Below are positions 1 through 10,422 of a stretch of DNA of 64,000 nt, in pieces (the stretch's first letter is position 1; each line of letters starts with the position of its first letter). Made by a program: the position numbers and the translations under genes. The stretch is taken from the NCBI GenBank assembly GCA_000004985.1, contig GG738875.1; one strand, given 5' to 3'. The notes below the pieces were generated by a model. It was not told where the DNA came from and did not search any database. It saw only the letters and a list, made by a program, of their open reading frames with translations. The stretch comes from Naegleria gruberi. Lineage: Eukaryota.

Positions 1-2598
1 GATAATTCAACAAACTCTTCCTCCCAACAACATAATCCAATTCCAACTACCTCTTCATCCAATCCAACATCTTCCCCTAAAATACCAGCCCTTGAATCTG
101 AACCACCAACAGTCAAATTACCTTCAATTTATGCTGTTTTACTTAATGATAAGGATCCATACTTTAGTCAAGGCAAGGATCAAAATTCTGAAATTATTTA
201 TTTACGTCCTATTGCCAAGATGGTTGAAAATTCCAAGAAGAAACAATCATGCCATGCTCAATTTGGAAATAATATTGTCAAGAAGCAATCATCTCTAAGA
301 TCGAAAATTAGAGGTATTGTTGGTTCGAGGAGAATGGAAGAATTTAAAAAGCAAACAACAAGTGAGAGAGCTCAATCTAAAACATCAAGTTCAGCCGAAG
401 AGAGTGATAAGAAGGATCAATCATCAGAAAACAATTTAACCGTTGATGTTAAAACATCTTCATCAGATTTCAATCTCGATATGAATGATGATAATATCAT
501 GGCTTTTGGTTCAAGCGAAGATTTTGGCCTTATGTATGACGACATGATGGGACTGGATGATCAAGACTTTATGAGTACATTGATGAGTGATGATAATTTG
601 GGTTTATTGTCTGAACAGCCAAATTCCAACGTTTCAACACCATTACTAGATAGAGATTCCATGAGAAGATCTGGCTCTGCCATGAAACACGAAGTTTCAC
701 ATACGTCCCTAAGTTCCTTCCTTAGTTCGCCTGCCACACCAATGGCCAGCTTACCAGTCAACCCTTCACAAACCAAGGAAGGTCAAATGGTTTCAAATCA
801 AAGTAACTTTTGGGATAGTTCCATGAGCGGATCTCTTGATAATATTCCTGTTTCGAGTGGTAACTTTTTTATACCATCTGCTGCGAAAAACAGTTCATCA
901 TCTAATAGTATGAATGTTAGCAACAATAATATTAGTTCAAGCATGACAACTCCAAACGAAATGGTGAGAAAACAAGAAGTTTCCACGAGTAACAATATGG
1001 CACCAAGTCGAGGAGTCAATTCTCAAAATCCTGTTCCATCCAATCAAATGAGTAAACCTGCATCCAACAATTCAATGATGAATAATTTTAATACCTCTAA
1101 TAACATGAATAATACCATGAATAATAACTTGAATATGAATACTATTAATAACAACATGAATTCATTGATGAATAACATGAATAATTCCATGAATAGCAAT
1201 TCCATGATGGGAAATAACAAATCTATGAATAATAACATGAATAGTAATATGACTAATAATAATAATATGAGTACTATGAATAATAATAATAATCAACACA
1301 TGGGCCTGAATCAGCAAATGGCAGGAATGCAGAATAACATGTTTGCTAACAATAATGGTATGAACAACAGTGTACAAAATGACTCTACCAGTAATTTTGA
1401 TACCAACAATTTTTTCAATATCAGTACTGATACATTACTTCAAGGCATTCTTTATGCACAAAAGAGTGGAATTAATCTTGCATCTCTGTTTGCTCTCACT
1501 TTACAGCAACAACAAAATCAAGCTAGTTCCTACAACGAATCCACTAGTAATTTTGGTAATAGCTTTAAGAATAATAATCAATTCAATAACATGAACAATG
1601 GAAACATGTTCAATAATAACGTATTTTCCAACATGGGATCTGAAATGTTTCCAAATCAAAATCAAATAAGTCCATTCCCAAATAATCAACAACATAACCA
1701 ATTCCAAAAGAATCAAGATAATACTTCTCAATTATTGCTCCAAAAATTACTTGATTCTAATAATCAACAACTCAACTCCAATGTACAGAACTCCTTCTCT
1801 TCTAGGCAACAACACCAAAATGATAACATGTTCAACATGAATAGCAATAATAATTTGAGCTCTCAAATTGATTCGCTAATGATGAACAAGAACAATAATA
1901 ACATGTTAAACATGACTAATAATTCCCAAATGCTCTACAATCAATTGAACAATCAACAACAGGTAAAATTTAATCAAATTTCTTCTCCTCAAAACCAACA
2001 ACTCAATTCCCCTCGCCAAAACAACAACCAACATAATCCTCTAATGAACCCATCCAATCATAATAATATCAATAGATTTGTCAAGACTGAATCGGATCTT
2101 AACCTTTCAATGAATTCTCAACCAAATTGGAAAGAATCATATGAGGAACCTGAAGTTGTTTCACTCAGTACACCAAGAGCTGTAGGAAGCAAGTCAGAGA
2201 CTAAGCGAATCAAGATCAAACAAGATACAATTTCTTCACCTCCTCAACAACAACACCAACACACTTCTCCATCTCATGATGCTGGCAATGACTCTTCACA
2301 CGACGAAGATGATGAGTCTGTCTCCTCAAATCCACAATCTCCTGACAAAAGTGGAAAGAAGAAGCGTAAGTCACATGTTACAGCCAGTCAGGTAGGAATT
2401 GTTGAATTGGAGAATAATGAAGGATTTGAATGTTCTTATTGTTTGAGAAAATTCAAGAGAAAATCTGATATCAAAGTCCACATTAGAAGACACACAGGAG
2501 AGAGACCTTATATTTGTGAAATTGATGGTTGTGGAAAGGCATTTACTACTGCAAGTAACCTCAGAAGACATAACAGGAATGTTCACACTAAAGAGTAA
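1..2598 (+). CDS. 5'-partial N/Q/S-rich protein with two C-terminal C2H2 zinc fingers. The reading frame is open from window base 1; the first in-window ATG is at 220.
   Basis: Frame 1 has no stop between base 1 and the ATG at 220, so the gene starts upstream of the window. Long Asn-rich tract (NNMNN...). C-terminus carries the C2H2 pattern FECSYCLRKFKRKSDIKVHIRRH and YICEIDGCGKAFTTASNLRRHNRNVH. TAA stop at 2596-2598. Confidence 0.6.
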   Translation, partial: DNSTNSSSQQHNPIPTTSSSNPTSSPKIPALESEPPTVKLPSIYAVLLNDKDPYFSQGKDQNSEIIYLRPIAKMVENSKKKQSCHAQFGNNIVKKQSSLRSKIRGIVGSRRMEEFKKQTTSERAQSKTSSSAEESDKKDQSSENNLTVDVKTSSSDFNLDMNDDNIMAFGSSEDFGLMYDDMMGLDDQDFMSTLMSDDNLGLLSEQPNSNVSTPLLDRDSMRRSGSAMKHEVSHTSLSSFLSSPATPMASLPVNPSQTKEGQMVSNQSNFWDSSMSGSLDNIPVSSGNFFIPSAAKNSSSSNSMNVSNNNISSSMTTPNEMVRKQEVSTSNNMAPSRGVNSQNPVPSNQMSKPASNNSMMNNFNTSNNMNNTMNNNLNMNTINNNMNSLMNNMNNSMNSNSMMGNNKSMNNNMNSNMTNNNNMSTMNNNNNQHMGLNQQMAGMQNNMFANNNGMNNSVQNDSTSNFDTNNFFNISTDTLLQGILYAQKSGINLASLFALTLQQQQNQASSYNESTSNFGNSFKNNNQFNNMNNGNMFNNNVFSNMGSEMFPNQNQISPFPNNQQHNQFQKNQDNTSQLLLQKLLDSNNQQLNSNVQNSFSSRQQHQNDNMFNMNSNNNLSSQIDSLMMNKNNNNMLNMTNNSQMLYNQLNNQQQVKFNQISSPQNQQLNSPRQNNNQHNPLMNPSNHNNINRFVKTESDLNLSMNSQPNWKESYEEPEVVSLSTPRAVGSKSETKRIKIKQDTISSPPQQQHQHTSPSHDAGNDSSHDEDDESVSSNPQSPDKSGKKKRKSHVTASQVGIVELENNEGFECSYCLRKFKRKSDIKVHIRRHTGERPYICEIDGCGKAFTTASNLRRHNRNVHTKE

Positions 2599-2600
2599 AA

Positions 2601-2650
2601 NNNNNNNNNNNNNNNNNNNNNNNNNNNNNNNNNNNNNNNNNNNNNNNNNN
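2601..2650. other. Assembly gap, 50 N.
   Basis: Run of N. Confidence 0.95.
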
Positions 2651-2820
2651 GTAATTGCTTGGAATCCAAAAGCAGCAAAAGAATACTCTTATTTGACTCA
2701 CTTTCTTGTACTTAACTTTTATTCAGTTAGATCTTCAAGATATTTTGTAAAGTTTAACAACGTGTTCCATGACGTATCTACTTGAGTTGACAGCAAGAAA
2801 TCAACAGAAAAAATAGATCA

Positions 2821-4848
2821 ATGTCTAGCAAGTATTTCCCTCCACATACCTATTGGGATGGTCGATGTTTTCCCAGTCACATAACTTCCTTCGGTACTAA
2901 TAATTCTTCTTCTGCCAATTATTCATCATCATTTGATGAGAATAATGGTGATGAATTGGATGTCAAGACGTATATTGAAAGTCAACAGGATGATCAACCG
3001 ATTGGTTATACTCCGATGGGTTCTGCTGCATGGGATGAAGGTTGGCAAGATTTTGATAATGATTCCTCACCATCTTCTCCACAGCCAATAACAAAATCTT
3101 CATCAACAGTTAAACAATTCTTTGATGATAACTTTGTTTCTTTAGAAGGAGATGATAATACTGATCAATCAGCAGCAGCAATTGATCAAAGTGAGAAGAA
3201 TTCTTCCATCAAACCGAATGAAAAATCAAATTCTTTTGATATGGTTGTCTTGTTGCAAAAGTTTTCCTATTATTACTTATCAATTGTGAATAATGATAAT
3301 TGTGGAGATAGATTTGAAAATGTGGAGGAGAGTGATGTCTTTATGATTCGTCTGCCTTCAGAGACAATTCGTGCCTCGAAGAAATTACTGATATCTGAGA
3401 GTAATTTCTTTAAGTTAATGATTGAGAGTCAAATGAAAGAAGCGAATGAAAATCAAGTGGATTTTAGTGCTCTTTCGAATGAAGAGGAATTGGACACACT
3501 CAAGATTTTGAATTTTCTGAGATATGGTAATATAGGCGTGCCAATTAAGGGAACAGCTTTTCCTTTAAATTTGGAAGATTTTGGAAGTAATCTTATTGGG
3601 ATTGTGGATTTATTGAGATTATTGGATGTGGCTGATAAGTTTGGAGTTGCTTCTTTTATTGTGTCGGTGACGAGTATTCTGAATCAATATAATGTTATGA
3701 TATTACTTGAGAAAGCTCTTCAAATTACACCAGAATTGGGGAGCATTCTAATTGAAGCGTGCATTTCTGTAATTTCACATAATTTGCCCTGTGTTTTAGG
3801 TGGTTTAATCTATGAAGGGGTCATTGATCAATTTCTGGAACGAATTCCAACCAGTATAGACGAATGGAATAAGAAATGCAAGGAAACTTACAAGATATTC
3901 AAACAAATCCAAATGTTCAACATCAAAACCGATACCAAACTCTTCATGCTACAATCTTTAAAGACCAATCCAACAGTGAACTATCTGGTTGATGTTTTGC
4001 CGTGTGACATATTTTTGAGAGTTATGAAATGTACAAATCAGCTGTGTGTTGATGATTTTCTTGGATTAATCACATTGTGGATCTTATCGAGCTCTTTTGA
4101 AACATGCTTTCAAGATTATTCCACATTGGAAAATCTCGAAACTGACAATTTAATTTATAGATTGAGAGAAGGAATCATTCTTGCATTGGAAAATGTCAAC
4201 ATGATGAAAATGACTCACAATAGAAGCTTATTTATGCTTCTTCATCCAATTATGAGATATTACAGCAGATCCTATCCTTTGGAATTCCAAGATTTATTTT
4301 CGACATTTCTTGTGGAAACAGCAGATCCAAAAAACTCAATAGGTGATTACACCTCTTTACACATGCTGGCAACTCAGACCATTGCACCCATGCTAAAGAA
4401 ATGCTTTGGAGATCATCCAATTTTGCCTAAAAAAGATATTGCTGAGCTATATTATCAATTCTGTTTTGATTCCACAGATAATTCTTATACGACAGATAAT
4501 GCGCAAAGGATTATTCCTCAACTTTTTGCAAAAATAATCAAGGAACAGGAAAATGATGAGATCATTAATGAATTTTCAAAATTACTGACCTATGTCATGT
4601 TTCATCAGTTTGGCAAGTTTGTTGAACAAGTTCCTAAACCTGCATTACCAATAGAAAAATATAAGATAATTGGACAAAAGAACTCTTTGAAATCTTTCGA
4701 GGCTAACTTATTTGGATTGGACGCCTCAGGAAAGACACTTCTATTAGAGAGAATGAAATCCCCAAATTCTAATGAGGTAGTTCAAACTTTTCAAACGATT
4801 GGATTTAATAATGAAACTATTTCATATGGAGGTGCTCCTATTAATGTT
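2821..4848 (+). CDS. Exon 1 of a large BTB-like protein whose C-terminus is an Arf/Arl-like GTPase. This exon carries the BTB-like region and the GTPase G1 P-loop.
   Basis: BTB-like stretch DVFMIRLPSETIRASKKLLISESNFFKLMIESQ...LKILNFLRYGN. The exon ends in the Arf G1 motif LFGLDASGKT...TIGFNNETISYGGAPINV. GTAAGT donor at 4849, phase 0. Confidence 0.55.
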
Positions 4849-4895
4849 GTAAGTAGATTTTGAGTTTAGGATAATAATGTGTGGATTCTATTAAG

Positions 4896-5372
4896 GTTGA
4901 TGTTGGTGGGTCGGTAAGACTTAGAGGATTGTGGAAGAATTTCGTCTCACCAAATGCTCCTGATTTACTTGTCATGGTTGTTGACCTTTCCAATAGACAA
5001 AGATTCCAAGAAGCAAGAGAAAGTTTCGACAAACTAATGAACAATGTGGACACTCAACAAGATGATGGAAATGCCAAACCACTCTCTATTTTATTACTCG
5101 CCAATAAGACAGATTGCATACCAGATAAGGAACTTAGATCCGTCTTGGAATCAGAATTATTCAAGACATTCGAAACTTCTTCTTATTTATCAACATACAA
5201 CTTGTTGTGGAATAATTACCGATTCAAGTACATGTCCTGCTCTGCAAAGACTGGAGAGGGAATTGAGAATATTTGGAATTGGTTTTTTGAAAATGAATTC
5301 CTTAGTCAGTATTCAGTCGAGGAGAATCGTTACTTTATTCCTCTACCTTCATCAGCAGAATGGCTCGCCTAA
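4896..5372 (+). CDS. Exon 2 of the same gene: remainder of the Arf-like GTPase domain (DVGG, ANKTD and SAK motifs).
   Basis: The 47-nt intron 4849..4895 runs gtaagt...ttaag. Splicing gives ...APINV-VDVGGSVRLRGLWKNF, matching Arf WDVGGQ..R.LW. NKxD is present as ANKTD and SAK as CSAKTGEGI. The ORF-track start at 4881 is a GTG inside the intron. An independent start for an Arl gene alone cannot be excluded. Confidence 0.6.
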   Translation, partial: VDVGGSVRLRGLWKNFVSPNAPDLLVMVVDLSNRQRFQEARESFDKLMNNVDTQQDDGNAKPLSILLLANKTDCIPDKELRSVLESELFKTFETSSYLSTYNLLWNNYRFKYMSCSAKTGEGIENIWNWFFENEFLSQYSVEENRYFIPLPSSAEWLA

Positions 5373-5408
5373 AACTATTTGATGGTATTGATCTCGATTC
5401 AGAATAAG

Positions 5409-6251
5409 TTATTTATTTTGTCTTTCTGCAATTAGTTTGCTATGATATTCCTTAATTTCTGGATCATTTCTCATTTCAAAAGGAGTATAACAAAGTACAT
5501 CAGGATTTTTTTCAATAGCTTTCATGACAATATCCTTTTGATTTCTCAAATCAGCTGAAGCATATTTGATGGCTAATCCATCTTTCTCAACAGCCAACAT
5601 GATAATTTCTCGATCATTCTTGATAGCAAAGGGTAATTTGTCAATAATGGTGGTATCTCCTTTAATAGCAATCTTTAGCAGCTCCCTATCGTTTTCAAAT
5701 TCTTTCAAACAAATAAAGGCACGTCCATTTTGTTTAACTGCCATTTCAGCAAGTTCTCTATCTTTCTGAAATTCTTCTGGGGCGTCTGCAATTGCACATC
5801 CATCATTTTCAATGGCTTTTCTAACAATTTCTCTATCATTTTTCAATTCATCACCCACACCTCTCAAAATTCTTCCATTATTGGCAACAGCTGCCATTAC
5901 AATCTCCCTATCATTTGAAAATTCCTTTGGAAGCCATGATAGATTACCACTACTAGCAGCAGCCATCACAATTTCCCTATCCTTCTCTAATCCATCACTT
6001 ATAATTCCATGTTTCTTTGCAGATGCAAGATTAACATCTCTATCCTTTTTCAATTTCTTTGGTATTTCATAGGACAAGTCATATTCACTCTTTTCAATAA
6101 GCTTTATAACAAACTCCTTATCATTCCACAATTTAAATTCTTTGGCAACTACCATCATATCAGATGCAGTTGACAATTTTGCAGTCTGCTCAATAATCAT
6201 TGAACGATCCTTAGAGAAAAATGGAACTTTACACGAATAATAAACGAACAT
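5409..6251 (-). CDS. DUF4116-type repeat protein with about nine tandem repeats of roughly 27 aa.
   Basis: Repeats fit the pattern DREIVMAAV..NG.AL.YA...L.ND.E, for example NDREIVMAAVANNGRILRG and NDREIIMLAVEKDGLAIKYAS. ATG at 6249-6251. Confidence 0.6.
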   Translation of the reverse strand: MFVYYSCKVPFFSKDRSMIIEQTAKLSTASDMMVVAKEFKLWNDKEFVIKLIEKSEYDLSYEIPKKLKKDRDVNLASAKKHGIISDGLEKDREIVMAAASSGNLSWLPKEFSNDREIVMAAVANNGRILRGVGDELKNDREIVRKAIENDGCAIADAPEEFQKDRELAEMAVKQNGRAFICLKEFENDRELLKIAIKGDTTIIDKLPFAIKNDREIIMLAVEKDGLAIKYASADLRNQKDIVMKAIEKNPDVLCYTPFEMRNDPEIKEYHSKLIAERQNK

Positions 6252-6276
6252 GAGATGATTTTAGAAAATTACAATT

Positions 6277-7419
6277 TTATATTCTGTTGAGAAATGATTC
6301 CATGTCGAGAGTGTCTTCTGCCATCCAGTTAATTGGTGCATGTTGTGGTGTTTTGGTAGTTTGAGATTTGTCATGATTGGATGGATCTTCTTGTTGCCAA
6401 ATGCTATCATTTGGAGGATAGGTTGGCATTGTACTATTGTAAGAATTCAGTGGTTGAAATTGTTGTTGTGGTTGAGTAGATTGTTGAGCTATCTCAATGC
6501 TTCTAATTTGGGATGAATTGGCTTGTGAAAGAGGAGAAAGAGTGAGAGAATTCACATACTGGAAAGGATAATCCACCTCAAGCACTCTGTTTGGAATAAA
6601 ATTGTCTAATGGAATTGCCTTAAACTTTTCAAGTTCTTTCTCAATCTGCTCCCTCGGTGAAGGATCTGGCAAATTCTCCTTCTTCTTATCAACAATTTCT
6701 TTAATTTCCCATTCAATTCTTCTAATAGTACAATGTGAATCATGAATTCCCAACCAATGCAAAGTTTTCGAATTGATCTTGTCGCCAATCATGTGGCCAT
6801 GAATTGTGGAGAAGGCATGTTCATCTCCCTTCATTCTGTCACATCTGTAAATTAACCATCCATCACATGCAAACATTTGCTCATTCTTTGCTGATTGATT
6901 GGTGAATTCTAGAGAATGAACACACAAATATACTTCATGACAATTCTCATCTTGAATGATTTTGCATTGATTTCTCTTGTATTGAACGCTTTCATTGAGA
7001 TGCAATTGACCGTGAGTCAATATCGAACAACAATTTCTATTATTCTCTGCAATCATCAACGTTTCTTCATAATTCTTCAAGATTGTCTTGATCATTTCAT
7101 CTCTAATCTTTTGAAAATTGAAGAAGATTTCTGATTGGGAGAGAGCTACTAGCTTACTCAACAAGGTGGTCAAATCAATTTTATATACACTTGATTCATA
7201 AGCGTACCATCTGTCTTTCTTTGATTCCTTCTTCTTGGTTGTGGTAGCTTGATTATCAACACTTTGATTATCGATTTCTTCATCATCACCCTCATCACGA
7301 TTTTTTTTATTATTATTAATTTTTCTAATTTTTATTTCGGAATCATCGGAGGTTGATGTTTCTTCATGTTTTCTCTTGGTAGATTGTTTCTTGGTGGTAG
7401 AGCTTCTTGTTCTTGGCAT
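6277..7419 (-). CDS. Hypothetical protein with a basic/acidic N-terminus and Cys/His-rich middle.
   Basis: 380-aa ORF with an ATG start. No confident domain assignment from sequence alone. Confidence 0.45.
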   Translation of the reverse strand: MPRTRSSTTKKQSTKRKHEETSTSDDSEIKIRKINNNKKNRDEGDDEEIDNQSVDNQATTTKKKESKKDRWYAYESSVYKIDLTTLLSKLVALSQSEIFFNFQKIRDEMIKTILKNYEETLMIAENNRNCCSILTHGQLHLNESVQYKRNQCKIIQDENCHEVYLCVHSLEFTNQSAKNEQMFACDGWLIYRCDRMKGDEHAFSTIHGHMIGDKINSKTLHWLGIHDSHCTIRRIEWEIKEIVDKKKENLPDPSPREQIEKELEKFKAIPLDNFIPNRVLEVDYPFQYVNSLTLSPLSQANSSQIRSIEIAQQSTQPQQQFQPLNSYNSTMPTYPPNDSIWQQEDPSNHDKSQTTKTPQHAPINWMAEDTLDMESFLNRI

Positions 7420-7610
7420 CTGATAATGATTTATAGTTCAAGAATTTTCAGCTGAATTTTTACTTACTTTTTTGTTCAGGCTTTTTTTTTTGAAATTGTT
7501 TGAAATGACTCTAGCCAGCTTTTATAGGGCAGGAAAACGAAAAATTTTGCAACGCATATTAATAGTATTGTAAAGTTTAATAAATTTTTACTGGTTGAAT
7601 TTGAATTACT

Positions 7611-7892
7611 CTATGGTTTGCACGATTTTTTGTGGTCTTTCCAGGCATTAACTTGGCATTCTCTGGAGCAATAATGCACCTTTTTACATTTGGCACAAAC
7701 TTTAAGATTCTGTGTCGAACCACACACTGCACATGTTTTGAGTATTTTTGGTATGGTTGCAATCGCCATTCGTGGTTCATTACGTGTTGGTTGTGAGTTT
7801 GGTGGCTTGATTTTTTCCAAATCCTCCTCTGTTAATAACTTCCTCAAGGATTTTTTCAAATTTAAATTTGTATCATAGTATTGAGGTTCCAA
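7611..7892 (-). CDS. Small MYND-type zinc finger protein.
   Basis: CAVCGSTQNLKVCAKCKKVHYCSRECQVNAWKDHKKSC matches the MYND spacing C-x2-C...C-x2-C...YCS..CQ...W..HK..C. Confidence 0.5.
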   Translation of the reverse strand: MEPQYYDTNLNLKKSLRKLLTEEDLEKIKPPNSQPTRNEPRMAIATIPKILKTCAVCGSTQNLKVCAKCKKVHYCSRECQVNAWKDHKKSCKP

Positions 7893-7966
7893 TACTCCTT
7901 CAGTGTTTATCCATTTGGTGCCAGCTTCCCACCCAGCTTAATGTGTTATAATTCATCCAACATATT

Positions 7967-9046
7967 TCAAAACTTACATTCTGGAAGTGTTCCTATTGGT
8001 GCTTTCCAACCAACACTTCTATCCAAATTATCCAGTCTCTGTGATTCAAAATAAATAGTGCCATTGAGTGTATCAAGTAAAAGTTCTGATAGAATTTCCT
8101 TACTAGCGTATTCCCTCTGGCTGAAATTATGAAATGCTTCAATAATGTAACATTGTGTGGCATAGTCACTTGTTTCACTCAAGAGTTTAGCCATTTCACT
8201 AAATAATTCTTTCGACAATCTTGATAACAAGATAATGTCTTCAAATTCTTCGTATTCAATTTGTGAAAACCAATAAACTGCCTTTGTTAGACATCGTAGA
8301 CAATCCACCACAGTGATTTTCATGAATTTTTCATTCACAGTTGACATATTCTGCCTCGTAAGTAAATCCATTTGATAGGTAGCCTTTCCCATTTTCTTTG
8401 TATCCACAAGATGATTTTCAATGGTTACATATTTTGTTTCTGCTTGTACTTCTTGCTGTTTAATCTTTGAAATTGTTGCAGAATCTTTCACTTCCGATTT
8501 AAATTGCCACTCATTAATAAATTTGAAACAATGTAAAATTGCCTCCACTGCCTTTGCATCAATCATTTCAATTTTTGCAATTTTAGCAAGTAAACTCCTT
8601 CTGGTCTGTTTCTCCTCTTTCGATGATATTTGATTCTCCACCACAAATTTGAAAATACTAGCAAAACACATCAAAACCTCCCTCTTCTCTATCGTATGCT
8701 GATCAACTATAACACTTATCAAATTTTGCAATAAGGGAAATGTTTTTCCATAATATCCCTGTCCTCCTGATTCAACAATTGCTTCTTCACAACATTTCCT
8801 CATAATAATATTAATAATCCTAGCAGCATAAAAAGATGTAAATTCCATATCATATCTCTTCAAAAACTGAACCATTATTGGAAGACACTCTGATTCAATG
8901 TAAAAGGCTGTACCACCTGTTATATCCGATCCACTCACATGTTGAATTAAATTTGATAAGGGAAGTAAGAGGAAATTCTTTGATTCGGAATTTTGTGGCC
9001 ACTGTCTGAAGAATTCTCTCACGTTACTGCCATCACGTGATTCCAT
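7967..9046 (-). CDS. Hypothetical protein, possibly helical-repeat.
   Basis: 359-aa ORF with ATG at 9044-9046. No recognisable catalytic motif. Confidence 0.45.
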   Translation of the reverse strand: MESRDGSNVREFFRQWPQNSESKNFLLLPLSNLIQHVSGSDITGGTAFYIESECLPIMVQFLKRYDMEFTSFYAARIINIIMRKCCEEAIVESGGQGYYGKTFPLLQNLISVIVDQHTIEKREVLMCFASIFKFVVENQISSKEEKQTRRSLLAKIAKIEMIDAKAVEAILHCFKFINEWQFKSEVKDSATISKIKQQEVQAETKYVTIENHLVDTKKMGKATYQMDLLTRQNMSTVNEKFMKITVVDCLRCLTKAVYWFSQIEYEEFEDIILLSRLSKELFSEMAKLLSETSDYATQCYIIEAFHNFSQREYASKEILSELLLDTLNGTIYFESQRLDNLDRSVGWKAPIGTLPECKF

Positions 9047-9418
9047 GGCACAGAAGAGACAATTGTGTGGTCCAAATTTAATACCATGATGTTCTTCATG
9101 TTTTTGATTTTGTTTATTATTTGATGATGCTGATGGATTAACATTGTGATGCTGTTTTTGATCGGAATGATGAAGAGAATTTAATGATTTTATAGTGAGA
9201 ATGTACGTACAAATTTCATCATGTGCATTTCATAGAGAAAGGCCTTTTGTGTAATGTTCATTTTTTTTTGTTTAATTTGCCAATTCATTCTATAGTAGGA
9301 ATTTTACCATTTAATCCATATCATTATTTGGTACTGTATTTTCTCATCTGGAAAATAGCAAGAATAGCAAGCATTGCTTCAAAAACTAAAAAATTCTGAA
9401 TTTAGATTCAAAATTATC

Positions 9419-9491
9419 TGCTGACGGACGGGATCGAACCGGCGACCAATGGCTTATTAGACCAACGCTCTACCGACTGAGCTACGCCAGC
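9419..9491 (-). tRNA. tRNA-Ile, anticodon AAU.
   Basis: Reverse complement is GCTGGCG TA GCTC AGTCGGTA GAGC G TTGGT CTAATAA GCCAT TGGTC GCCGG TTCGATC CCGTC CGTCAGC A. The acceptor stem pairs 7/7 with one G-U. The T-loop is TTCGATC and the anticodon loop is CTAATAA. One mismatch each in the anticodon and T stems. Confidence 0.75.
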
Positions 9492-9539
9492 TTACACTTA
9501 GTTGGAAATACCTTAATAAATGTGTAAAAGAAACAATTA

Positions 9540-9625
9540 TGAGATTTATTCAGAATATTAGATAATTTTAAATCATTCTCTCTTACAAAAACCAGCAATA
9601 ATTTCCCTTTCACTCTTCTTCTCCT
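9540..9625 (-). pseudogene. Relic copy of the 3' end of the 14242..15366 gene, with an internal deletion.
   Basis: tagataattttaaatcattctc...aaaaccagcaataatttcc(c/a)tttcactcttctt is shared with 14265..14390. Both translate to ...ENDLKLSN. Confidence 0.4.
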
Positions 9626-10101
9626 AAAAAAAGTTAGCACTGAAATTATCAAATACTGTAGGGATATACTCCACTGGATAGGTATTAGTAGCCAATCTAA
9701 TAAAGAGACAAGTTTTCCCAATAGAATTATTACCTAAACAAATTCTAATTAAATCTCTATAAATGATACCTACCAAATGATTTTTCTCAACAATATTTCA
9801 ACAAAATGTTGTTAAAAATCATGTTTTCCCAATAGAATTACATATACTTTTCCAAATCGTTTTGAACTTCTTCAGATTTGCATTTACAGTCATTGATCAT
9901 TAATTTTACATGGTCCAAACAAAACTGTTCCCAATATCTATCATCTTAACAAAGCTGACAAATTCTCATGTAAAATCATTTCCACCTGTAATAAATCATG
10001 AACATGTAGGAATGATAAAATCACTTGAAATTTAACATCATCAAAGTCACGTTTGGAGGAATTATTAATAGCCAAGATAAATTTAAAAAAATAGCCAATC
10101 A

Positions 10102-10174
10102 ATGATATCATCCTCTAAAACTCCTCCAAAGTTTGTGTCATATAAATTGATCTTGTTGGGCAGCAGTTCTACGG
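10102..10174 (+). CDS. Exon 1 of the Rab5-like GTPase-DUF4116-protein kinase fusion gene.
   Basis: MISSSKTPPKFVSYKLILLGSSSTG. GTGAGT donor at 10175. The codon splits as G|GA, giving the G1 motif GSSSTGKT. Confidence 0.6.
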
Positions 10175-10224
10175 GTGAGTGTTTTTAATATGAGCTTTTA
10201 AAATTCACAACACATGATAATCAG

Positions 10225-10357
10225 GAAAGACGAATCTGGTCTTGCGATTTGTTAGAGGATACTTTAGTGAGCATGAGGAGAGCACTATTGGAGCTGCTTT
10301 CTTGACTCAAACTGTACCATTGGAGGATAGAGTTGTGAAATTTGAAATTTGGGATAC
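10225..10357 (+). CDS. Exon 2 of the Rab5-like fusion gene, covering G1 to G3.
   Basis: [44 protein letters not shown] matches Rab5 GKSSLVLRFVKGQF...TIGAAFLTQ...[14 protein letters not shown]. Intron 1 is 10175..10224 (50 nt). A GTAGGT donor sits at 10358. Confidence 0.65.
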
Positions 10358-10422
10358 GTAGGTTTTAGTATCTTTGATTAATCATTGAATGATTATTGTA
10401 AATGCATTTGAAACAATTATAG

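Noticed and set aside
2516-2785. ORFs containing runs of X (2516..2785, 17989..18257, 33649..34043, 35381..35938 tail).
   Set aside because: They span the 50-N assembly gaps. The frame across N-runs is arbitrary.
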